Shown: one piece after another, positions 13,123-25,261 of the stretch | Numbering within the stretch: the stretch's first letter is position 1 | Layout of the letters: each line of letters opens with the position of its first letter | Assembly (NCBI GenBank): GCA_964035545.1 | Contig: OZ037766.1 | Location: forward strand, 1 to 64,000 | DNA length: 64,000 nucleotides | Direction of reading: 5' to 3' | DNA from: Bugula neritina | Lineage: Eukaryota; Animalia; Bryozoa | The notes under the pieces: generated by a model | What the model saw: the letters and a program-made list of their open reading frames with translations, nothing else | Databases searched by the model: none | What the model was told of the DNA's origin: nothing | Translations under genes and position numbers: made by a program

Positions 13123-15754
13123 TCAACTATCAATTGTTCATGTCATCGGAACTTATAGATTAAATTAGTGGAACTCTACTTCAATGTTGTCCTCTTTTGG
13201 CTCGTTTTCTGACCTTTTGCTACCCTGAGCTCACTCAGCAACGTTAAGCTTTCATATGGACAGTATGCCAAACTCGTGATCAGATACATAATGCTGCATT
13301 CGTTTGGTCAGTAATTAATTTAGTATATTTCCTCGAAGTTAACATACCAACCACATAACTTTCCATTGGTGGTTTTCTACACAACTTTACCTCTCTATCA
13401 TTTCTCACAGTCACTCCTCAGCATATTAGAGTTATCCTCTTTTTAAATTGAATGAAACTTGTACTATTTTAAACTATATTGGCCTTATGGTTTATATACT
13501 TTTTTTGCTTTTCAAGGCTATGGTTTTTAAACCTTATGCTTCACCGATTATTTTCCTTTGCTGATCAACGAATTATACACTTAATCTATAGCTCGCACTC
13601 TCATGAGTCTGTTGTCATTTTTTATTATTTGTTCAACCAATAGAAAGCCCTTATTCACAGTCCATGGATATTAAAGCCGTGCACGGCCAGTCCTGCGTCA
13701 CGATACATGACGTAACAAGCATGTATTCCATCGTGATTATAATTGGATCGCCATTCATCATTCACTCGGCTGAACCTACATTGATGTCTTCTACAAGTTC
13801 TGTTTAGAGAATCGTTAACCCTGTCGCGGTAATATCTATATCAACTGCTAATTCAATTAAGTTTCAAGTCGTGGCTCCTTGCATTTAATTTTAATCGTTT
13901 TCATTTTATATCAAACTTCATCATTAAGATTATGTTAGTAATAGTAACACTAAGGCTAATGATTTAAGTAATGCCAATAGACTATAGAGTAATAGTAGCT
14001 CACTTGACTATTTTTAGTAGTTTTAGTAGCTTATTAGTATTACTACTAGTACTACTATTAGTATTACTATTACTATTAGTATTACTAACACAAATACTTG
14101 CACTAACAGCAGTAGTAAGAGTAATATTAATAGTTATAGTATTAGTTGTCATTTTTGTTTTTATATTATCAGAATAAATATCAATATGATATTGATAACC
14201 ATAGGCAACAAAAGTCGATGATGACTATAATCATAATGATAATGTCAACTATTGTTATAATAATTATAATCATAACTGCAATGCCTAATTATTATGATAA
14301 TATTTTAAATTATGATATTGATTATTATTCTCATTTTCATTCTCTTCCAGGCTCCTGTTTTATTTTATTTTTCCACAACTCAAACCTCTACTGGTAACTT
14401 ATAAGCATGACTATGACCATTAGTCATAATTGTAATGAAATGTTATTTCAAGTTGGGTGTCTTTATTTGTAATTCGTTCGTCTAGTTTTAGTACTTGTTC
14501 TAGTCTCTTGGAAATTGGGTTTTGTGCATATTGATATTCATTATTATAATCACTACTATTCTACTTTGTTACCATCAGTATATGACTACGAAAATTTATA
14601 TTCATCATTCAAATTGATGTTATGAATAGAGTAAAAATTTCACTCCATTAGTTGTGTTTGTTTTTATACTAATGACAAATAGGTAATAGTAATATAAAAA
14701 TATAATCTGTTTTGTATTTTCATACTCGAGTTTATGTAATATTAGAATGGTAATTCGTTCCTATTTTTCATTCATTTAAGTTAGTCAGTGTGAACTCATT
14801 TTCAGTTCAAAATAAATTAATTTTAGTTTTGACAATTTTTTCCCTCATTCCCTATTAAGTATTTTCATACTGTTTAAACACCATGATCATGCTCAGATTT
14901 GGCCAAAGTTGATTTTTTTAAATCACTACTCAATATTTCGAGGCAATCACTTTTACCATTATGACCTGCTTCTTGTAATCTACTGTATTTGGATGAATAG
15001 CGTTTACAAAGTCAATAATGATCCTAATATAACACTTCATCTGCTGTATTCAGATTAGTAACACATGCAGGCAGTAGAATGCTTTTATGACTGTTGTTTT
15101 CACTTCACTCTGCTTCACTTTTGCCATTTCTGTTTGTTCACGTTTTCTCAGATTTGTGTAAAAGCTGTTGTTTGTTTCTTCTCAGTATTTTTATGTTAGT
15201 TCTCTCCAGTTTTTCAGTTCAAACCCCAAACCCCATTTTACATATTATCTAATATTGTAAAACATACCAAATTTTCCATCTGTTTAATTTTCTGGTTCAC
15301 ATTTTGAATATTCTAGTTATTTGTAGAGGAAACTTGCAGTCTTTTCTAAATATCATCTACATCCCTGTATAGTTACATATCTATTCTATTGTGTGTTTTT
15401 AATAATCAATAATGTTATAATTTTATTATCGGCTAACTCTGTTAATGGGAATTTGTGCAGCTTGCTGCTTGCTCCTAATGTAGTTGTCTTCTCTTGTTTT
15501 CTCGAAGTTCCATTACGAAGTTGTCTTCTTTTGTTTTCCTGAACTCTCCTAATGTAGTTGTCTTCTCTCACTTTCTTGGAATATGATATTCAAAGGCTCA
15601 CACTTGCAAATTGTCTGCTCTGTCAGTAAGAATAGTTTGATCAGTTTATTGTGACTCTGCAGCCTCCAGACTAGGGAAGTATTTTGTTCTCACTTGGTAA
15701 CTATGTTTAGCTTGCTGGTCACAATCAGGTATATTTGCTAGCTTTATTATTTAT

Positions 15755-16325
15755 TAGGTTATGGCTCTTTCAACAAATCATATTTCAACTTAATTAAGCA
15801 TGATGACACTCTTCTACTTATTTGAGTAATGATTAATCTTCAAGATTAAATGTGATTGTTTTGTATTTTTCCATTTCTCATTTTTTTTGCTTTTTCTACT
15901 GCTGTTGTAATGAATGAACTGCATTTAGAATTTTATGTTTATTTCATTGTTTTTCATCATATGCAACACCACATAATTATAGACTACTTTGTTATTACAG
16001 TAACTGGTGTGATGGTCACATGGTCATCTACTAGACAACCAACCAATTGGGTATAAAGTTGGACAAAGTCATTCTAAATTATTCTTGGCATGTGTCAGCT
16101 GTAAGAGCTATATGGAGGTAATACTTATTAAGTATAATTTGTCTCCTTGATGAAGCTATTTGTCTATAGAATTGTTCACAAATTTTCATTTAATCACAAT
16201 TCAACAAGTAAACAGTTTCAAACTTTTCATCAAGTTGTATTTACAAGAATTACCAATTATAGTTTCTTTCATGGTAGCATCAACTCAAGTTAAACTGATA
16301 TAGTATTTTACTTCTCTGTAAGTTG
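15755..16325 (+). repeat. Dispersed duplication, copy 1 (paralog at ~24635-25445)
   Basis: Shared blocks, e.g. GGTTATGGCT.TTTCAACAAATCAT and CTACTAGACAACCAACCAATTGGGTATAAAGTTGGACAAAGTCATTCTA. Confidence 0.85.
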
Positions 16326-17959
16326 TTTCACAAGACTCATTACGTTACTAGATTTCCTACTTATATCATACATCTGTATTATATGCATGAGTAGAGAAGT
16401 TTGATGTTGGTTTAATCATTTAACCAGTTAGAAACTTTAGATATAACATATACTCCTATACAGTATTAACATAGTGTTGAGTGTTTTCTGAATGCTTGGA
16501 ATCTACTTATTAATTTGTCAGTTTGGAGGAAAAAATTCTACAGGTTATGTTTCTGTTGCCATAAATCAAGCTTCCTTCTTTCTAGTGTATTTTGAACAAG
16601 TTTATTTACTATTTTTTGTGTTACAGAATGGGCAGAGGAACAGCAACCTGTACTCTTTTTCTCTCTGTGTTATTCTTCCCATCCCTGTAAGCCTCATCTT
16701 TATCTGTTCTTGGTATGTTTTACTTTAAATCTTTATTTTCTAGTTCTAGTTTTCTATTGTAAATCTTTGTTTTCTAGTTCTTTAATCACTCTCTGTTGTT
16801 ATATCATAGCCTCTACTTCTCTTATTATGATTTAACAATATTCAAGTTTGATGTATTTTTAATATCTGTTTAAATTATTGAGAACTACAAGTGTTTAGAA
16901 ATATGAGATTGCTTTAAGTAAAAAATTACCTAATCCTGAATATCATGCTATTTAAAATTATTCTAGTTTAGTGTTATCTTATCAGGCACATATTATAGTA
17001 AACTTAATGCTATACATGCAGATTGTCTAGTAATTCATGACTGTGACCTGCCCCAACTCATTTCAAACAACTATATAGTTGAATGTTTACCCACAACCAG
17101 TAGTCAAAGTTGGGAGTAAGCAAGTGTATGCACAGCCCTGGCCTCTTTCTTTAGGTCCCTAACCTCATGCTAATATCTAGTTGCATTCAATAGCAGAAAT
17201 TAGTGATTTAATGGTGAATGGTTGGAAGGATGATAAAGCTCCATAAAAATTTCAAAAGTCAAATTCCAAGTTGCAACACTCATTTTCATTATTCACCTGA
17301 ATAGCTTCTAGAACAAGCAGTTTCTTGAGCTCACCTGCATGTTCAATTTCTTTATGTCTTTTTGGGTCATTAAATTGTGTTTGTTTTCTTGATGGTTAAT
17401 TTGGCATAGTGAATTCTTTTCCTGTTTTTTTTGCCCTAAACATGATTGCATGATAATGCTGCTTAAAGAAGACAAATTGTTAAAAGTATTTGATTGCTAC
17501 ATCTCTGTTTTCCCTTCATATTATACCTTGCGAAACATGAAGTCCAGTTGGAATTTTAGGCACTAAAATTAGTATTGCTCTTTTTGCTGCATACAGATCG
17601 ATGATTTGGTAACACCATTGGAAGTGAGTCATGAGATGTAGCGCATGCCCCAATAATCACGTGATCAGTTACAGACGACTGAGCAATGATTGGTTACGGA
17701 TGACTGAGCACGTCTGCTGTACTGTCATTATAGTAAGTTGCTCTTCATAGTGAATGGTCGTGCAACTGAAATTGTTTGGTCATCTTACCAAGGTAAACAA
17801 TTAAACCTTTGTTTAGCATGTCATTTAATAACTTTTTATCAACGCTATCTTTTAGTTTACTGATCGTTGATCTGTATTTATTCATAGGCTTAGATTTCAC
17901 ATTGATTATTTTATTTAATTGATAGACTGCTACCCATTTCTAGTCAATTTGATACTGCA

Positions 17960-20900
17960 GTCATTTGAGTAAATGCAACTGCAAGGCTTATAATTATAGT
18001 TATAATAAATTTCAATTTAGCTTTGCTTCAAATTGGCTTGACTTTGACGTAACTTTTACCCTGTTCTACTCTGGTCCGTTGAACTGAACTACAAAATCAA
18101 TACTAAGAATAATAATATAATTGAAATCTAATATTTTAATTTTTTTCTTGCTATAATAACGTTCAACTTATGCTGAATGATATATTTTGTTTGACTTTAT
18201 TTCAGTTACATACTCATCATGGTCATAATCATGGTTCGAAATTGAAAAGTTCAAGTGGAATAAATTCAGTTTAAAATGCTGTAACTATAAAAAACAAGTT
18301 ATATTTCTTGTTCAAAGAAGTTTCTTTCCTGGTTCTGTAGACTATGTTGATTTTATCATAATACAATTTTCAATACTCTAGATTTTAGGACCTATGAGAT
18401 GTCTCATATATATCTGTCATCATTTATTCAACAATTTTAATTTATCAAATGTGTTTTGTTTTTTAGAATCACTCCGAGCAGCTCAGATATTCACACATTA
18501 GAGAACATATGGTTTTCACCAGGAAGATAGGACCTAGCCAACTGTGGTCAGTTCTGAAAGCCCCATCTTGGTTATAATTAGGTATTTATTATTTACGATA
18601 ATTTTCTCTGTTTTCAATTTCACCAATTTTAAATGATGTTAGGCAAATCATTATTTTGTACTTCTTGTATTCTAATGTCCATAATTCATGTTTATCTATT
18701 TCTGTTTGAAGTAGTTAAAATGTTATCTTTTATTCATAATTTTAGTCTTGTTAACTCCAAGTCCTGTGGAATTGTTCAAGTTAATCACTTGTACTCTTTA
18801 GACTAGAATCTCAGCTCGATCTGCAAACATTTACTATTAGCAAATTGAAATGAAATGTTTTATATATTGAGGTAGTTTAGAATATTTCTTGTCTGTTTTG
18901 TAGTTGTGTTTAACCACATGCAGATAGAAGCTATACCTTGATATCAAGACCAGTTTTATATCCATGAGATGCTCACAAGCCAACGCGTAAAAGTTGTCTT
19001 CTCTCTGTGTTTCATTCATCAAAACTTTTCATCAGTTCAGGTTTGCGTCTAAATTAATTGCTTACTGCAACAATATTAACTCTTCCTTTCATTAAGTTTG
19101 TGTTGTCTAACCTTCACTACCAACACTTGGAATTAGTAAAACTTCCAGTGCTAGGCAGTTAGGTGAACTCAGTTGACCTATATCTGCTTCTATTAGCTAT
19201 GAAATCCACTGTTGATTAACACTACCGTAACACATAGCTGCTTTTCCGTCGTTTTATTTTGTTTTAAAAGTTATTATAGCTGTTAATTTCATTCAAAAAT
19301 TGCCAAATGTGTTTCTAATAAAAGTTAGATCAGCCTATTGTAAAAGCGTTTGCCAACCTCACCCCAGAGATGATCGATATGAGAGCGGCGATTTTAGGGC
19401 GTTGTCCATCATTATGCTACTTATCAGTAGGAGGTGTGGCCCATATTATTATATGTTTACAGAGGGTAGTTGCGGATGATTTCACCCAGTTTTTTGCCCT
19501 TTGTTACGTGTTTTCACATTGTTTAATTGAACAAATTTTATTTGATTATCAACATAAACTTGATTTAATTACAGTTTCAATGATGGACACTTTTTATTCT
19601 GTGCATCTCACTGGCACTGAACATGGTTGTAATTCATGAGCTTAATTTATAGTGTTTTATATGTTATAGCTCAATAAACAAGTTTAAGAACTTTTAAAAA
19701 ATTTCCAAAAACAAAAACAAATATTTAAAGCACTCAATTGAGTAAATGCAGCTGCAAGGCTTATATAATGAATCTCAATTTAGCTTGGCTTTAAATGGGC
19801 TTGATTTCAAGGTAACAATTCTACCCTGTTCTCCTCTGGTTTGCTGAACTAAACCACAAAATCAATACTAAGAATAATAATGTTAGTAATACTACAAATA
19901 GTGAGCTATACATTTTAGCACCCTAGCTGTTATACTGCTTTTAGTTTGATATAGGTTTTCTAGCTAATAGTTGATGCAGTGAGTCAGTGCTCATTTCTTT
20001 AGTTTATTGAAAATTTATCCTTTGAGATAATTTCTTGTCTAAGCATAATATTGGTGCTGCTGTACCACTAATTATATAATATGCCAAGCCATTTTTGCTG
20101 GTATCATATTTTATTTTTATTTCAGCATTTAAAGTTTCTTTTTCATTTTCGTTCTATAAATTTTTCATTTTACAATAGACCTGTCTTCAGCTTGATTTTA
20201 TCTGCTTGCCTTAATTAATTGTGATTCACACTGAAGGGATGGTTAATTTATCTATTAATATAATGCTGTTTTAATAATTACGGTATTTTGTTGTGATATA
20301 TGATTTCATTAGACATAATTTTTGTGATTCTATATCAAGCCCTCTGCAGGAGTATTAAACTTCGCACAAAAATTTACACTAACATTTTACAATGACCGTT
20401 CTGTAATAGTGCGGCTGTTGCGTTGCTCACCACATGTACAAGATTAAGATTTTAATTCATTGATTTGCTACTCTGTACTGTATGGCTCATAATTGAAATC
20501 AAATTTTCTTTTCAAAATAGCCATAACTGTGCAATAAATTCTAATTCCTACCCAATAATTCAATTTGTTTGACTTTATTTCAGTTACATACTCATATTAT
20601 AGTCATAATCATTCCTTGAAATTAAAAAGTGGAATATTCAGTTTACGTTGTTTCAACTGAAAAAGTTTCTGATTCAAAGAAGTTTCTTTCCTGGTTCTGT
20701 AGATTAAGTTGATTTTATCATGATACAAATTTCCCATACTCTAGATTCTACAGTCTATATTTGTCTCATACATGTCTGTCATCATTTATTCAACAACTTC
20801 AATTTGTCAGATGTGTTTTGTTTTTTAGAATGTCTCCAAGCAGCTCAGATATTCACACATTAGAGAACACATGGTCTACACCAGGAAGATAGGATCTAGT

Positions 20901-23900
20901 CAACTGTGGTCAGTTCTGTGAGCCCCATTTTGGTTATAATTAGGTATTTATTATTTACGATAATTTTCTCTGTTTTCGATTTTACCAGTTTTACACGATG
21001 TATTGGAAGAATTATCTTGTGCTTCTTGTATTCTTCTTGACAACTGATATCCATAATTCATGTATATCTATTTCTGTTTGAAGTGGTAGTAAAAATGTTA
21101 TGGTTTATTTATTATTTTAGTCTTGTTAACTCCAAGTCTTGTGAATTTGTTCAAGTTAATCACTTGTAGTCAGTAGACTAGTATCTCAGCTCTGCAAACA
21201 TTTACTGTATTAGCAAATTAAAATAAAATGTTTTATATATTAAGGTAGTTTAGAATATTTCTTGTCTGTTTTGTAGTTGTGTTTAACCACATGCAGATAG
21301 AAGCTATACCTTGTTATCAAGACCAGTTTTATATCCATGAGATGCTCACAAGCCAACACATAGAAGTTGTCTTCTCTCTGTGTTTGATTCATCAAAACTT
21401 TTCATCAGTTCAGGTTTGCGTCTAAATTAATTGCTTATTGCAACAATATTAACTCTTCCTTTCATTAAGTTTGTGTTGTCTAGCCTTCACTACCAACACT
21501 TGGAATTAGTAAAACTTCTAGTGCTAGGCAGTTAGGTGAACTCAGTTGACCTATATCTGCTCCTATTAGCTATGAAATCCACTGTTGATTACCACTACTG
21601 TAACACATGGCTGTTTTTCTGTCGTTTTATTTTGTTTTAAAAGTTGTAGCTGTTAATTTCATTCAAAAATTGCCAAATATGTTTCTAATAAAAGTTTAAA
21701 TAGCTCATTTCAAAAGCTCTTGTCAACCTCACCCCAGAGATGATTGATATGAGAGCGGCGATTTTAGGGCGTTTTCCACCATTATGCTACTTATCGGTAG
21801 GGGGCGTGCCTCATATTATTATATGTTTACAGAGGGTAGTTGCGGATGATTTCACCTAGTTTTTTGCCCTTTGTTACATGTTTTCACTAAAGATTTATAA
21901 TAAAAATTATAAATGAATTGTTTAATTGAACAAATTTTATTTGATTATCAACATAAACTTGATTTAATTACAGTTTCAATGATAGACACTTTTTATTCTG
22001 TGCATCTCACTGGTACTGAACATGGCTGAAATTCATGAGCTTAATTCATAGTGTTTTATATGTTTTAGCTCAATGAACAAGTTTAAGAACTTTTAAAAAA
22101 TTTCCAAAAACAAAAACAAATATTTAAATCACTCAATTGAGTAAATGCAGCTGCAAGGATTATATAATAAATCTCAATTTAGCTTGGCTTTAAATTGGCT
22201 TGATTTCAAGGTAACAATTCTACCCTGTTCTCTTCTGGTTTGTTGAACTAAACCACAAAATCAATACTAAGAATAATAATGTTAGTAATACTACAAATAG
22301 TGAGCTATACATTTTAGCACCCTATCTGTTATACTGCTTTTAGTTTGATGTAAGGTTTTCTAGCTAATAGTTGATGCAGTGATTCAGTGCTCATTTTTTT
22401 AGTTTGTTGAAAATTTATCCTTTGGGATAATTTCTTGTCTAAGCATAATATTGGTGCTGCTGTACCACTAATTATATAATATGCCAAGCCATTTTTGCTC
22501 GTATCATATTTTATTTTTATTTCAGTGTTTACAGTTTTTTTTTCATTTTCGTTCTATAAATTTTTCATTTTACAGTAGACCTGTCTTCAGCTTGATTTTA
22601 TCTGCTTGCCTTAATTAATTGTTATCCACACTGAAGGGATGGTTAATTTATCTATTAATATAATGCTGTTTTAATAATTACGGTATTCTGTTGTGATATA
22701 TGATCATTAGACATAATTTTTGTGATTCTATATCAAGCCCTCTGCAGGAGTATTAAACTTCGCACAAATATTTACAGTAACATTTTACAATGACCTTTCT
22801 GTAATAGTGCGGCTGTTGCTTTGCTCACCACATGTACAAGCTTATGGTTTTAATTCATTGATTTGATACTCTGTACTGTATGGCTCATAATTGAAATCAA
22901 ATTTTCTTTTCAAAATAGCCATAACTGTGCAATAAATTTTAACTCCTACCCAATAATTCAATTTGTTTGACTTTATTTCAGTTACCTACTCATATTATAG
23001 TCATAATCATTCCTTGAAATTAAAAAGTGGAATATTCAGTTTACGTTGTTTCAACTGAAAAAGTTTCTGATTCAAAGAAGTGCCTTTCCTGGTTCTGTAG
23101 ACTAAGTTGATTTTATCATGATACAAATTTCCCATACTCCAGATTCTACAGTCTATAATTTGTCTCATACATGTCTGTCATCATTTATTCAACAACTTGA
23201 ATTTGTCAAATGTGTTTTGTTTTTTAGAATTTCTCCAAGCAGCTCAGATATTCACACATTAGAGGACATATGGTCTACACCAGGAAGATGTGACCTAGTC
23301 AACTGTGGTCAGTTCTGTGAGCCCCATTTTGGTTATAATTAGGTATTTATTATTTACAATAATTTTCTCTGTGGTTTCAATTTTACTAGTTTTACAAGAT
23401 GTATTGGAAGAATTATCTTGTGCTTCTTGTATTCTTCTTGATAACTGATGTCAATAATTCATGTATATCTATTTCTGTTTAAAGTGGTAGTAACGATGTT
23501 ATGGTTTATTTATTATTTTAGTCTTGTTAACTCCAAGTCTTGTGAATTTGTTCAAGTTAATCACTTGTAGTCAGTAGACTAGTATCTCAGCTCTGCAAAC
23601 ATTTACTGTATTAGCAAATTAAAATAAAATGTTTTATATATTAAGGTAGTTTAGAATATTTATTGTCTGTTTTGTAGTTGTGTTTAACCACATGCAGATA
23701 GAAGTTCCCTTGCTATCAAGACTGGTTTTAAATCCATGAGATGCCATGTAGAAGTTGTCTTCTCTCTGTGTTTGATTCAACGAAACTTTTCATCGGTTCA
23801 GGTTTGTGTCTAAATGAATTGTTTATTGTAACAATATTTGCTCTTTCCCTGTGTTATGTGCTATTAGGTTTTAGCATTCATAAAGCTACTACCAGGGGAT

Positions 23901-24320
23901 AGCTACTCTCATAAATGATGTTAGATTCAGCTTTTTCTACCTTCCCTTGGACAAAGTATGATTTAGGATAAGCATAGCAAGCGGTACTACTCAAACACTG
24001 AAGCATGTGCTTTTGATAAAAGTTGCAATATAATTGTGTAAGGTGTAGAATATATAACTTTGGGAAGTTGTCCGCATAGAACTGTATAGAGTGATGATTA
24101 AAATGAAACTGTACTGTTCGGCACATAAAATACTGATACTATATGTCCTGTTAGCTATGAAGTCCACTGTTGATTAATTCTACCGTAACACTTGGCTGTT
24201 TTTCTGCCGTTATATTTAGCTTTAAAAGTTTTAGCTGTTTATTTCATTCAAGAATTGCCATACGTGTTTCTAATGAAAGTTTAAACAGCCTATCGTAATA
24301 GCTCTTGCCAACCTTACCCT
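17960..24320 (+). repeat. Tandem triplication with ~2.4-kb unit (units ~17960-19735, ~19735-22135, ~22135-24320)
   Basis: Anchor GAGTAAATGCA.CTGCAAGG at 17967, 19740 and 22139. Unit 1 lacks ~600 bp present in units 2 and 3; unit 3 is truncated. Confidence 0.9.
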
Positions 24321-25000
24321 AGCTCCATACAAACTTGACTGAAGAGATGAAAAATCAGCACATGATTGGGATTTTATTTTAGGATTTTACTTTCATGTTA
24401 ATACAATTATTCCATTCCTTGAAAACCATCAATAAGTAATTCATTTGATTTTGGAGCTTGTAAATACTACCAAACCTCATTCCATCTAAATGAGCACTCT
24501 TCAATCATATTTGTTGTTCTGTCAATTTATTGCTGAATGTGTGAAAACCTCATATTAAAAAATATAAGTTTACATAGTGCTATAATGCTTGCTTGTGGTA
24601 AGAAAACGGAGTCAGGCTTTCAATTTTGATTTTTGGTTATGGCTTTTTCAACAAATCATTTTTTAAAATTAATTAAGTGTGACACTCTTCTGTACACCTA
24701 TATACATCAATAAAAAATGTGAATTCCCCCCCCCCCCCCCCCCCCCGTTCTCCATTTTTAATTTTGTTGCTTTCTTCAATAATGTTTTATAAAATAAGTT
24801 ATATTTAGTATTTTATTTCATTGTTTTTCATGATATGCAGCACCACATAATTATAGACTGCTTTCTTCTTGCAGTAAATGCTGTGATGGTCACATGGTCA
24901 GCTACTAGACAACCAACCAATTGGGTATAAAGTTGGACAAAGTCATTCTAGATTATTCTTCACATGGGTCAGCTGGATGAGCTATATTGAGGTAATTCCT

Positions 25001-25261
25001 GTTGTTTTTAATATATAGAGATATTTATTGTAGCAGTCTAAAAGAAAGTAGCAAAGTGAAAACAGTTACATCATAAGTTGTAAGCGTAGTTGCAAGACGC
25101 AAGCTTAAAGATAGATGAAAATACTGGGTTGTTATACCAGTCAAAAAAGTCAGCTATTGTTTAGTAGCTGTAATGAGTGTCGAAAAATTGTAATATAGCT
25201 TGCATAGCTGTAAGCTATAATGCATTAGGGAAAGCTTTCTCAACTCATGTAAAGCCCCAAC
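25001..25261. mobile_element. 261-bp insertion with 7-bp target-site duplication
   Basis: AATTCCT at 24994-25000 and 25262-25268; ends GTTG...CAAC; absent from the paralogous site near 16120 (GGTAATACTTATTAAGTATAA). Confidence 0.65.

Noticed and set aside
19360-19500. snoRNA in the GC-richer island of the 2.4-kb repeat
   Set aside because: No convincing box C/D pair or H/ACA structure could be identified by eye.
24726-24746. Poly-C run
   Set aside because: Simple homopolymer with no associated structure.
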